DNA from: Bdellovibrionales bacterium RIFOXYD12_FULL_39_22
GTDB taxonomy: Bacteria > Bdellovibrionota > Bacteriovoracia > Bacteriovoracales > Bacteriovoracaceae
Length of the DNA stretch: 21,445 nt
Assembly (NCBI GenBank): GCA_001770205.1
Contig: MEQL01000049.1
Span: forward strand, 62,001 to 83,445
Direction: 5' to 3'
Positions 1-8,640 of this stretch are shown one piece after another. Below the pieces are notes generated by a model. The model saw only the letters and a list, made by a program, of their open reading frames with translations, searched no databases and was not told the DNA's origin. Position numbers and translations under genes: made by a program. Numbering within the stretch: the stretch's first letter is position 1; every line of letters starts with the position of its first letter.

Positions 1-1
1 G

Positions 2-820
2 TATTATTTTGAATTTATTTTTTCTGTTGCCGAGGGACGAATGGAAGTTTTACAGTTGGAATTTAGTCGCCCCTCGATGGAAAGTCGCTCTCTAAAAAAA
101 GTCACCTACCTTCCCAACTTGCTCAAACGAATTAAAGAAGATGATCAAATTGTTAGCAGCTCATTTTACTCACTTTTAATGTCACTGGCGCTAAACGATT
201 CTTCGGGGATGATGGCAACCATTTCTAAAATTCTACCTGGCCAGCAAAATAATCGACAATTATTAAATGAGAAAAAAGTCGAACTCTTAAAAAAATACCA
301 GTCCTACTTAAGCGCCATTAAAAATGACCCTTCCAAAGAAGCAGATTTGCCCAACCCTATGCGCCCAGAAAATCCAGAAGAAATGGAGACGGTAAAATCT
401 ATTCTTAAAGAAAATATGTATCTAACGGAAAGCAGCGTCAAAACCGTAAAATCTGATGACCAATTCTTTTGGCAAATAAGTGCAGAAGGACTTTCTGCTC
501 TTTTTTATCAAGACACTCACCGCTTAAGAGCGTTCTCTGCCTCTTTAAATTCTAAAAGTGTTATCATCGATTGTGGAGAATACACGCTTTTTGACACTAT
601 TCACGAAATGCCAAAAATTATTTTAATTACAAAGGTAGACGAGAATCGCAAAGTAGAAATTTCTATTAATTCCTTAAGTAACTCTACAGATAAAAATAAA
701 AAATTTTATGATCGATACAAAGAATATAAGGAACTAGAAGATAAATTACTCAATCCAAAAGGACATAGGCCCATACAAGAAGATATCGATCGATCTCTTT
801 TGGAAAATTTAATTTATTAG
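2..820 (+). CDS. Hypothetical protein, probably 5'-truncated by the window edge
   Basis: ORF track gives 41..820, but the frame is open back to position 2 (YYFEFIFSVAEGR-MEVLQ). ATG41 also has a GAGGGA upstream, so either start is possible. No recognised motif; ends 20 bp before priA. Confidence 0.7.
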   Translation, partial: YYFEFIFSVAEGRMEVLQLEFSRPSMESRSLKKVTYLPNLLKRIKEDDQIVSSSFYSLLMSLALNDSSGMMATISKILPGQQNNRQLLNEKKVELLKKYQSYLSAIKNDPSKEADLPNPMRPENPEEMETVKSILKENMYLTESSVKTVKSDDQFFWQISAEGLSALFYQDTHRLRAFSASLNSKSVIIDCGEYTLFDTIHEMPKIILITKVDENRKVEISINSLSNSTDKNKKFYDRYKEYKELEDKLLNPKGHRPIQEDIDRSLLENLIY

Positions 821-840
821 AGCTGCTTTGGAGAGAACGA

Positions 841-2874
841 TTGTCCACACTTAAATACTGCGAGGTTACTCTTCGTTGTCCATTAAACAGCTCAATCCTT
901 CTGTATTCATATCCAGAAGAAAGTGACTTCTCCTCTCTGTTAGCAACGGGTGTTGTCGTAGTTGCTCCTCTCAAGGGAGGCAGAACGCGCGCCGTCGTTT
1001 TACGTGCAGGCCTTAGCAAAGACGATTTTCCAGAATCAGAATTTGAAATTAAAGATCTCTTTGGCCTTGACCCTACTAATTTTGTAATCTCCACCACGGA
1101 ATTAGAAATCTATCAATGGATTTCACGTTATTATCACTATGATTTGGGGTTTTTAATTTTTGAAACGATCCCTAGCGCAATGGAGCGTCCTCGCAAGCTG
1201 AAATTTTCTCAGGGAAAAGGCCAGCCGCTTCCACATCCACTATCTTGGGCGCAATCAAATGTCGTAAATACAATTGAAAAAAAACTAACACTTGGACATT
1301 CGAAGTGGTTAATCCATGGAGTAACAGGAAGTGGGAAGACATATATCTATCTTGAGTTGATAAAAACAACTCTGGCCCAAGGATTTTCGGTTCTTTTTCT
1401 TCTGCCAGAAATAAATCTCACTCCACAGTTTATTGAAACCTTTGTTCAATACACCAATGTCCCAATCTATTCTTACAACAGCAGCATCAGCGAATCTGAT
1501 CGCTTTGGCCTTTGGCGACTTTTGCAAGAAGATGAAACTCCCAAATTAATTATTGGAGTTCGCAGCTCTGTCTTTCTTCCTGTAAAAAAACTTGGACTAA
1601 TTATTCTGGACGAAGAGCACGATCAATCTTTTAAACAAGAAGATCGCTGTCCTTATAGCGCGCGTGATGTGGCGCTAAAAAAAGGTAGCATTTTAAACAT
1701 CCCCGTCATTATGGGTTCGGCCACTCCCTCTATAGAGGTATTGCATAAATTTCTAACCGACAAGGCCTTTTTGCCCAACTACTTTCGCTTGAATGAACGA
1801 GTCTCTGGAGCTGCGCTGCCACAAATTTCTATTATAGATTCAAAGACTAATAAAACAAATGAATTTGATTCCACAATATGGCCTTTTAATAAAAACAGTA
1901 TTGACAAAATTAGTAGCGCTCTAGAGAAAAACGAGCAGGTTTTAGTTTTTATGAATAGCTTAGGTTATGCTACATTTTTTCAATGTAGAAGCTGTGGCCA
2001 TCAATTTAGCTGCCCCAATTGTTCCGTTAATTTGAAATTTTTTCGAGAAAAAAATCATCTCAGTTGTCAGTTTTGCGATTATAAAGAACCTCCACCCCAA
2101 GTATGTCCACACTGCCAAAATATGAATATTCTGCAAAAAGGATTTGGTACTGAAAAACTACAGGCCGTTTTGCAAACATTCTTTCCCCAAAAAGTTGTCT
2201 CTCGCTTTGATCGCGATGAAATTACTACCATGAAAAAACTAACCACTATTTTAAATCGCTTTCACCACGGAGAAGTTGATATCCTAGTAGGAACCCAAAT
2301 GCTTTCTAAGGGACACAATTTCCGACGCGTAAACTTGGTAGTAATTTTAGGAATTGATTCTCAGCTAAACTTTCCCGATTTCCGCTCTAATGAACGTGTC
2401 TTTCAATTACTAACTCAAGTAAGTGGCCGCGCAGGACGCTATGGAACCGAAGGGGAAGTCTTGGTGCAATCACTGGCCCCAGATAATCGCATTTTTTCTC
2501 ATGTGCAGCGAGCATCGTTCGACGATTTTTTTAAAGATGAACTTAAAGTACGAGAACTATGTAAATGTGCCCCCTTCTTTCGCATGGCCGCAATTTATCT
2601 CTCGGCCCCTTCCAAGGCCAATATCCAGACGCAATCTACCCTTTTGATTAATTTTCTAAAAACACTACAAACACGTCACTTTCGCTCGGTAGAAATTTTA
2701 GGGCCCCGTCCGGCCTTTATTGAGAAAAAAATTAATAAGTTTACCTGGACAACACTGCTTCGTTCACAAAATTTTTCTGAATTACATGGAATGCTTTCAA
2801 CATTAAAAAACAATATCGCGCTGCTAAAAATAGTTTCAATTAAAATTGATGTTGATCCATATAATGTCTATTAA
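841..2874 (+). CDS. priA: Primosomal protein N' (replication restart helicase PriA)
   Basis: HGVTGSGKT Walker A, LLPEINLTPQ, ILDEEHDQSFKQ, YSARDVA, GSATPS, four CxxC pairs (CRSC, CPNC, CQFC, CPHC), GFGTEK, ILVGTQMLSKG, LTQVSGRAGR, C-terminal IDVDP. TTG start. Confidence 0.97.
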   Translation: MSTLKYCEVTLRCPLNSSILLYSYPEESDFSSLLATGVVVVAPLKGGRTRAVVLRAGLSKDDFPESEFEIKDLFGLDPTNFVISTTELEIYQWISRYYHYDLGFLIFETIPSAMERPRKLKFSQGKGQPLPHPLSWAQSNVVNTIEKKLTLGHSKWLIHGVTGSGKTYIYLELIKTTLAQGFSVLFLLPEINLTPQFIETFVQYTNVPIYSYNSSISESDRFGLWRLLQEDETPKLIIGVRSSVFLPVKKLGLIILDEEHDQSFKQEDRCPYSARDVALKKGSILNIPVIMGSATPSIEVLHKFLTDKAFLPNYFRLNERVSGAALPQISIIDSKTNKTNEFDSTIWPFNKNSIDKISSALEKNEQVLVFMNSLGYATFFQCRSCGHQFSCPNCSVNLKFFREKNHLSCQFCDYKEPPPQVCPHCQNMNILQKGFGTEKLQAVLQTFFPQKVVSRFDRDEITTMKKLTTILNRFHHGEVDILVGTQMLSKGHNFRRVNLVVILGIDSQLNFPDFRSNERVFQLLTQVSGRAGRYGTEGEVLVQSLAPDNRIFSHVQRASFDDFFKDELKVRELCKCAPFFRMAAIYLSAPSKANIQTQSTLLINFLKTLQTRHFRSVEILGPRPAFIEKKINKFTWTTLLRSQNFSELHGMLSTLKNNIALLKIVSIKIDVDPYNVY

Positions 2875-2887
2875 ATGGCAGTATAAA

Positions 2888-3547
2888 TTAAAATCGAAAA
2901 GTTAAAATTGCGCCAGTGCTAAAATTATTTTTGTCTTCCTGGTAAGCAAATGGAGAAATATCATAATCATCTCCGAAATAAAATTTTTCGGAGTCATCTT
3001 TATAAAGCCCCATATATATAGCAATAATAACGTTAATCCCTCCTAAAAACATATAAATATTTTCCACCTTGTCCTCTGACGCATAAACAGTTGCGTTAAG
3101 AAAGTACTGAGTGGCCAAGAAGGCAGAGGAATATAAAAGAGAAAGTCTCTTGGCCCTTTCCTCTTTGGCCAAAATCTCTAGCAGGCGATCAGCAATTGCT
3201 TCTTTGGAATAATATTTAATTCTATTATCCGTAAGCATCCTATAGAAACTAGCATCTACGTTGGGAGACTTCAGTTTGTAAATTCCCTGTCCGATGTTTA
3301 TAATCCCAATTGTTTGAATAGCAGCATAAGATAGTTTTAAAAAACCACTATCGGATAGTACATATCCAATGTTTCCAATTAAAAAGGCAGCACCACCCGA
3401 AATAATATTTTCATAGGAATTATATTGAAAAATATTTTCTGCTTTTCGATTCTGTTCAATATAAAAACGAGTAGATTCATTTCTGGCGAATGTTACACCC
3501 ATCAAAAAAACTGAAAAAAATAAAAACCTTCCAAAATGTCGCATCAT
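2888..3547 (-). CDS. Exported hypothetical protein with hydrophobic helical hairpins and a C-terminal beta-signal-like tail
   Basis: N-terminal signal peptide (..GVTFA), two pairs of Gly-rich hydrophobic segments, C-terminus ISPFAY...STGAILTFRF. Start overlaps the stop of the upstream gene by 4 bp. Confidence 0.75.
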   Translation of the reverse strand: MMRHFGRFLFFSVFLMGVTFARNESTRFYIEQNRKAENIFQYNSYENIISGGAAFLIGNIGYVLSDSGFLKLSYAAIQTIGIINIGQGIYKLKSPNVDASFYRMLTDNRIKYYSKEAIADRLLEILAKEERAKRLSLLYSSAFLATQYFLNATVYASEDKVENIYMFLGGINVIIAIYMGLYKDDSEKFYFGDDYDISPFAYQEDKNNFSTGAILTFRF

Positions 3548-4644
3548 AAAATAATATCAACTCCGGTGTATACCGCCTGTTCCATTGATGCCTGTTCTGC
3601 ACCCATATCTGCTTCCCGAGAATAAGTAATACCTATGTTAAAGTTTTTCGAATCAAAGCGAAGTCCAACATTCTGATAATACTTTCCAGCACTACCCAGA
3701 ACAGAAAAAAGTCCAATGCTGTAACGGCCACTAAACATTATCTGCGCCGGTGACACTAAAAAAAAATAGTCACTAAAGGGAATCTCGCAGGATAAATCAA
3801 AACGCCCATATGCCGTTTGAAATTTCTCTCCTATCCCAATAGTTGAATAGGTATCAAAAAGAAATTGAGGTGCTTGAATAATGGCCTCATTTTCTGAAGA
3901 ATCATCTTCTAGTGTGCTATTTATATTTTTGATCTGTAGTGAGAGCTTGGGAAAAAGTAAAGAATTATTATCCAAAAAAAATCCCACATCTGCCCCAACA
4001 CCATAACGACTCTTCATTTTGATTAAATTTTCTGGCCTAGTTGTAGTCAAATCAAAAAGAGAAAAAACTGTATTTTCATAACTATGCTCAAAGTAGTAGA
4101 CACTTGCCCCTGCTGAAAAAATAAATTTTGCCACTGCCGTCGGCAATTGCAAAACTTCCAGTCCACTAGTAAGACGTAGTGATTCGTGATTTATCAGATT
4201 AAGAGAAACCTCGGGAAAGGCGGGATTGAAAAGATAGAGATCTGCCAAAAGATAATAGGGAGAATAACTGATTTCTAAAACAGAGGTTTTAAAAGCAAAA
4301 TCAGAGTTAAGAGTAAAAGTATTGAAGTTTTTTTGCTGAAAAATTTTACGGATTAATTCTTCTGTTATCGGTGAAAATATCAAATCTCGCCCATTATCTA
4401 TTGAATCACCATCAGATTTCCCCGATGCGGAAATTAACACACCTTCTCCTTTAGAATAGGGGAAAAGCGCCGGATTACAGCGCACTGAAAAACTGGTTCC
4501 AACTATGGTGGAACAGGCATTACTTAGTGCCAAAGTATCAAAATTACCGTTTGGACGAAGTTGATGAGTTATAGCTAGTGGAAAAGCGTTGTTGTAAAAA
4601 CATAAAAGGCTAACAATCGTCAGAAATATCTTCGACAAATTCAT
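3544..4644 (-). CDS. Putative outer-membrane beta-barrel of the PorV/TraF/FadL-like type
   Basis: Signal peptide from MNLSK (ATG4644 preferred over 4671). N-terminal LALSNACS...VRCNPAL resembles the xGMGxA...(Y)NPAGL plug motif of these barrels. Alternating strands (YGVGADVGFFLD, FNIGITY) and a terminal strand VYTGVDIIL. Confidence 0.6.
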   Translation of the reverse strand: MNLSKIFLTIVSLLCFYNNAFPLAITHQLRPNGNFDTLALSNACSTIVGTSFSVRCNPALFPYSKGEGVLISASGKSDGDSIDNGRDLIFSPITEELIRKIFQQKNFNTFTLNSDFAFKTSVLEISYSPYYLLADLYLFNPAFPEVSLNLINHESLRLTSGLEVLQLPTAVAKFIFSAGASVYYFEHSYENTVFSLFDLTTTRPENLIKMKSRYGVGADVGFFLDNNSLLFPKLSLQIKNINSTLEDDSSENEAIIQAPQFLFDTYSTIGIGEKFQTAYGRFDLSCEIPFSDYFFLVSPAQIMFSGRYSIGLFSVLGSAGKYYQNVGLRFDSKNFNIGITYSREADMGAEQASMEQAVYTGVDIIL

Positions 4645-5884
4645 GTATATTATCTTTTTGATCATCCTCAAGCTCTTCAGGGGCGTTGTCTAGATCTGCC
4701 TTTACGTCCATCATTCTTTTTTTTGTTTTCTTACTAATTTTACTCTCAATTATAACGTTAAATAGATACCTAAATCCAGTTAAAAAGTTTTTATAATTTT
4801 TAATCACCTTCTCTGCTCGTATCTGACAGAGCAAATCCGTTGGGGCATTAATTTCTTCCAAAAACAAAGACTCCTTTATTGATCCCAATATTAAGTATCC
4901 TGCTAGAAGTCCAATTTGCTGGCGCCCATTTTTCCCAAGTCGTTCTTCTCGCCTGGTTTTTTGTCGGATATTTTCTAAGAGCTCCAGAGCGGTATATACT
5001 ATTTCTGCATTTTTATCTTCCAAGTCAGGAACTTTTTTTATGATAGGAATGGACTCAAAAAGTGCATATGCTAACTTTATTATTTGTTCACCGTTTTTCT
5101 TCTTATCTAGCTGTATACGCCTATGATCAATCATTTGCAATGCGGCCCTCTTGATTTCTCTTTTTAGATTTTGTTCATTTTCTGGAAAGGCCTCAAGTTG
5201 CGGTCCTAAAATTTCCTTACAGTTATCCGCCTGGGAGCTGGAATTATCTACCTGCCCACCAACATATTCAAAATAACGATCCATACCAAAAAACAATGGC
5301 GACTCAATTATAATCGTTGCCCAGCACATCTTTTGAAAATATGTGGAGGTGACAGCATTACTATTTCCGTATACATCATATGACTCCGTTGTTTTCTCAT
5401 ATTTATCCTCGCCAATTTGAATTTCGATCGCAGTAGTATAAGTGATCGTCTCTAATGGGGTTGATTTGATTTTTTCCTCATTCGCATCCAGTTCATCAAT
5501 CGACGAAACAGTTCCGCCCTCTGTGATTGCCTCTTGTAAATCGTCTTGAGATTTTTTAGTATACTTATTTATATCGCTCCATTCTGTCATGGCCACATCA
5601 AATAATTTCATCTTAACAATTGGAAAAAGAGAATAAATATCTATTGACGCTTTCTCCGATAGCGCCTGAACCTTCAGATAACTTAATTCTAAATTTTTTG
5701 GATCTAAGGCAAGTTCTTTTTCGATCAATAAAAGGGCATGCTCGTAATTATTGGCATTGAGGGCCCGGATAATAGCACTGTCATCACGCTTTTCTATTTT
5801 CGTTTTTTCACTCTTAGCTCCACATGAAAAAATCATTAGAAAAAAAAACATCAAAATTAAATATCCAAGCGCATTTTTAATCAT
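4610..5884 (-). CDS. Putative lipoprotein with an N-terminal TPR-like helical repeat
   Basis: Lipobox MIFSC after a hydrophobic stretch; ALNANNYEHALLLIEKELALDPKNLELSYLKVQAL is TPR-like; AGGA ribosome-binding site upstream on the minus strand. Confidence 0.75.
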   Translation of the reverse strand: MIKNALGYLILMFFFLMIFSCGAKSEKTKIEKRDDSAIIRALNANNYEHALLLIEKELALDPKNLELSYLKVQALSEKASIDIYSLFPIVKMKLFDVAMTEWSDINKYTKKSQDDLQEAITEGGTVSSIDELDANEEKIKSTPLETITYTTAIEIQIGEDKYEKTTESYDVYGNSNAVTSTYFQKMCWATIIIESPLFFGMDRYFEYVGGQVDNSSSQADNCKEILGPQLEAFPENEQNLKREIKRAALQMIDHRRIQLDKKKNGEQIIKLAYALFESIPIIKKVPDLEDKNAEIVYTALELLENIRQKTRREERLGKNGRQQIGLLAGYLILGSIKESLFLEEINAPTDLLCQIRAEKVIKNYKNFLTGFRYLFNVIIESKISKKTKKRMMDVKADLDNAPEELEDDQKDNIHEFVEDISDDC

Positions 5885-5984
5885 ATAATATTCCTACAGC
5901 TGTCAAATATTACAACGGCCAGTAATCAGTAACTGACCGTTTTTATGTTTCTCTCTATCAACCAACAACTTAACCATCGAACGG

Positions 5985-6000
5985 TGCAAAAAAAGGGCCC
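5985..6000 (-). promoter_or_regulatory. Candidate sigma54 (-24/-12) promoter for the minus-strand envelope trio
   Basis: Minus strand reads GGGCCCTTTTTTTGCA: GGC at -24, exact GG-N10-GC spacing, TTGCA at -12; about 100 bp upstream of ATG5884. Confidence 0.5.
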
Positions 6001-6123
6001 GCGCGATGAAACAATGTGTGTGCAAAAAACTAACCCAAAGTTGAAACTCTTGCCACAATCAGAAGATTAGAAGATTATTTGATGGTAATTTTGCCTGACA
6101 TTTTTTAATTATTAGAGTTGTCT

Positions 6124-6834
6124 ATGAAAAAACAGATCTTGCATCTACTCATCAGCACTATCGCTTGGCCGTCTATCGCCCTGGCCCAAGAAAGCAATGC
6201 TCTCGCCTCTAAATTGGTATATTACCCAGAATCTATTTCCAAAAACTTTCACTACTCTTTTGGCATTAATGTTTCTAAGCTTCCAACGCAAGTCGTAGAA
6301 GAGGAATTAAATCAATCGGTCATGCTTAATTTTTCTGCCAAATATGATTTACCGAGAAGATTTTCTTTGCTTTTTGATTTAAAAACCATCTACATTACCA
6401 ACGATGTCTCCTTGGGAGTTTCTTGGTGCTATCCACTTAAACATTTTTCCATCGGTATTTCAAATAAGATTGCCTATTGGTATGGCCAAGCAAATTTTGA
6501 TAATTTCGACAGTTCGGCGTATGGTTTTATGGACTTTCCCTCCCTATATTTAGGCCATAGATATAAAAACTTATATACTACACTGGGAGGAGGATTAGAT
6601 CTCCTAATCGTAACTTATAAGTATTCCGGAGATATAGAAACGAAAAACTCCAAAAATAAAATTACAGGATATAATCTTTTTATAATAACAGAGCAGCCCT
6701 TGTGGAAAAATAATTTTGTCACTATCGGTTTCAAGCTGCATCGTTCTAGTTATTACTATCAATCATGGATCGCTTTTTCCACCTTGGAATATAAACTCTG
6801 GGTTCCTGAAATTATTTTGGGTTATAATCTATGA
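6124..6834 (+). CDS. Putative outer-membrane beta-barrel protein
   Basis: Signal peptide (..SIALA), many aromatic alternating strands, terminal strand PEIILGYNL. ATG6124 preferred to TTG6118. Stop overlaps the next ATG (ATGA). Confidence 0.65.
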   Translation: MKKQILHLLISTIAWPSIALAQESNALASKLVYYPESISKNFHYSFGINVSKLPTQVVEEELNQSVMLNFSAKYDLPRRFSLLFDLKTIYITNDVSLGVSWCYPLKHFSIGISNKIAYWYGQANFDNFDSSAYGFMDFPSLYLGHRYKNLYTTLGGGLDLLIVTYKYSGDIETKNSKNKITGYNLFIITEQPLWKNNFVTIGFKLHRSSYYYQSWIAFSTLEYKLWVPEIILGYNL

Positions 6835-8063
6835 ATAATTTTTTTACTATTTTTTTTTCATTCCTTCTTTTCTTTCTTGGCTGCTCCAACGAATATACGT
6901 TCATTGAACCCGACACCCAAGGCCTATTGACAGGAACAACCGCAATTTCTCAACCTGTTATTAATTTAATTGAAGGAGTATATACGGTGGAGGAGGGAAA
7001 TACGGCCATTGGCGATAAGGTCGTTATAAAATTCTCTAGTGAATATGCCACTGTTTTTGGTGGAGGACGCATTGATTATTTTCTTCTAAAACATGGCCAG
7101 ACAGCGACAACTATTGTTTTTGAAGGGTACTCTCGCGTAGCAGAGAATATTTTAACTGGTGCTGTAAACTTGAACATTAGTGCTGCAAATTTGTCAGCAC
7201 TTCTTCTCGGTGATGATAGTGATTTGGTAATTACCGGAGAGTTTCAACAACCAACACTAAACTCTGAATCTACAAAGCAGGTAGATCTTGTTTTGAAAAA
7301 AAGTCAAGATTTGGTAGCAGATAATTTCTATGTCGTCGCCCATCGTGGCGGAGGAAGAAATTCAGACTATCTAAATATTTCAGAGAATAGTCTCGACATG
7401 ATAAAATTCTCGGAAGCACTTGGCGCAAATGCTGTCGAGTTGGATGTACGACTAACTAGTGACAATATTCCAATTATTTTTCACGACGAAGAATTTACCT
7501 CTCGCACCATTCAAGGAGATTTTTTAATTGGGGAGGTTTCTAATTATACTTTTAAACATATTCGTGCCTTCGGCCGCTTGAAATATGGCGAAAAAATTCC
7601 AACTCTCGATGAAGCGCTCAATACCCTAGTGGCCGATACTGAACACAAGCTTGTCTGGCTTGATTTAAAATCCCCCAAGGTTTTGGATGTGATCTTGCCA
7701 ATTATTAATAAGTATAAAACACTAGCATCTGAGGAAACGCGGGATTTAGAAATTGCTATTGGCATACCTGATAGCGATATTAAAAATAAATTTTTGGAGC
7801 TGGCCGCGGCAGATCGTCCAACGGCCATTTGCGAATTAAGCACTAGTACCGTAACTAGTATTGGTGCTGATTTTTGGGCACCTCGTTGGACTAATGGCCA
7901 AATGACAGAAGAGGTTACCTCTTTGCACAGTAAGGGGATAGAGGTTATTCCCTGGACTATGGATGATCGAACATTTATTCGCAAATACCTTCAAGAGACA
8001 GACTTTGATGGTATTTTAACAAACTATCCGGTAATCGTTGCTTATGAACATTGGATTAAGTAG
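6831..8063 (+). CDS. Glycerophosphodiester phosphodiesterase (GDPD)-family lipoprotein with an extra N-terminal domain
   Basis: Lipobox FFLGC; GDPD motifs VAHRGGG, ENS, VELDVRLTSDNIPIIFHD, IPTLDEAL, WLDLK, PWTMDD, DGILTNYP. The catalytic domain starts only near residue 165. Confidence 0.9.
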   Translation: MNNFFTIFFSFLLFFLGCSNEYTFIEPDTQGLLTGTTAISQPVINLIEGVYTVEEGNTAIGDKVVIKFSSEYATVFGGGRIDYFLLKHGQTATTIVFEGYSRVAENILTGAVNLNISAANLSALLLGDDSDLVITGEFQQPTLNSESTKQVDLVLKKSQDLVADNFYVVAHRGGGRNSDYLNISENSLDMIKFSEALGANAVELDVRLTSDNIPIIFHDEEFTSRTIQGDFLIGEVSNYTFKHIRAFGRLKYGEKIPTLDEALNTLVADTEHKLVWLDLKSPKVLDVILPIINKYKTLASEETRDLEIAIGIPDSDIKNKFLELAAADRPTAICELSTSTVTSIGADFWAPRWTNGQMTEEVTSLHSKGIEVIPWTMDDRTFIRKYLQETDFDGILTNYPVIVAYEHWIK

Positions 8064-8640
8064 GGCCTTATTTTTCTTTTTGCTTTTTTATCTCTCTTCT
8101 TCCTTTTGCGAAGAAACGGTAAAAAATAATTCTCTAGTTTTTGAACTCTCTCCTGGATTTTCTATCAGCAGTGAAAAAAATAGTTTCATTGCTATTAATC
8201 GACCAGATAGAGAAGCGCTTGGCCTGGCAGTGAGAGTTCTCTGGCGGCCAGAACACCTTCTGCGCCTGGGCATTGAAAGTGGCATTATAAAAATTTCTTC
8301 CGTTAGTGACAAAAATATTCCTTCTGAATTTGGAGATACTAAAGTTAAATTTGGCCTTAATGCTGTCCCCGTTTTATTATTCGCAGACATGCTTATCGAC
8401 AAGTTGGAAATAAGTGCTGGCACTGGGTACTATTATCTTTTTTCTAATTTGGTGGCCTTTGATGACAAATCATCTAGCTATTCTTGGGACCTTGGTTACA
8501 ATCTAACCCTTGCTTATAACTCTTTTTTTCTTGGTAAATTTATTATTTCTCCTGAAATAAAGTATTTCATTATCACCACCGACAATCAATCAATTATCAG
8601 CTTTAATATCAAAGGATCATACTCGTTTTTTTCATGGTAA
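8044..8640 (+). CDS. Putative small (about 8-stranded) outer-membrane beta-barrel
   Basis: Signal peptide; OMP-like strands LRLGIESG, AVPVLL, SAGTGYY, ISPEIKY; terminal strand FNIKGSYSFFSW. Overlaps both neighbours. Confidence 0.65.
   Translation: MNIGLSRALFFFLLFYLSSSFCEETVKNNSLVFELSPGFSISSEKNSFIAINRPDREALGLAVRVLWRPEHLLRLGIESGIIKISSVSDKNIPSEFGDTKVKFGLNAVPVLLFADMLIDKLEISAGTGYYYLFSNLVAFDDKSSSYSWDLGYNLTLAYNSFFLGKFIISPEIKYFIITTDNQSIISFNIKGSYSFFSW

Noticed and set aside
3544..4644. Conjugative element implied by the TraF-like barrel
   Set aside because: No relaxase, coupling protein or other T4SS genes; such barrels are common outside conjugation loci.
5914..5944. Rho-independent terminator on the plus strand (stem followed by Ts)
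   Set aside because: The region is divergent, so no plus-strand gene ends here; the stem has a C-A mismatch on plus but pairs fully on minus.
5885..6123. Pho box upstream of the GDPD/phosphoesterase operon
   Set aside because: Only isolated TGTCA/TGACA half-sites and an 8-bp AGAAGATT repeat; no 11-bp-period CTGTCAT pair.
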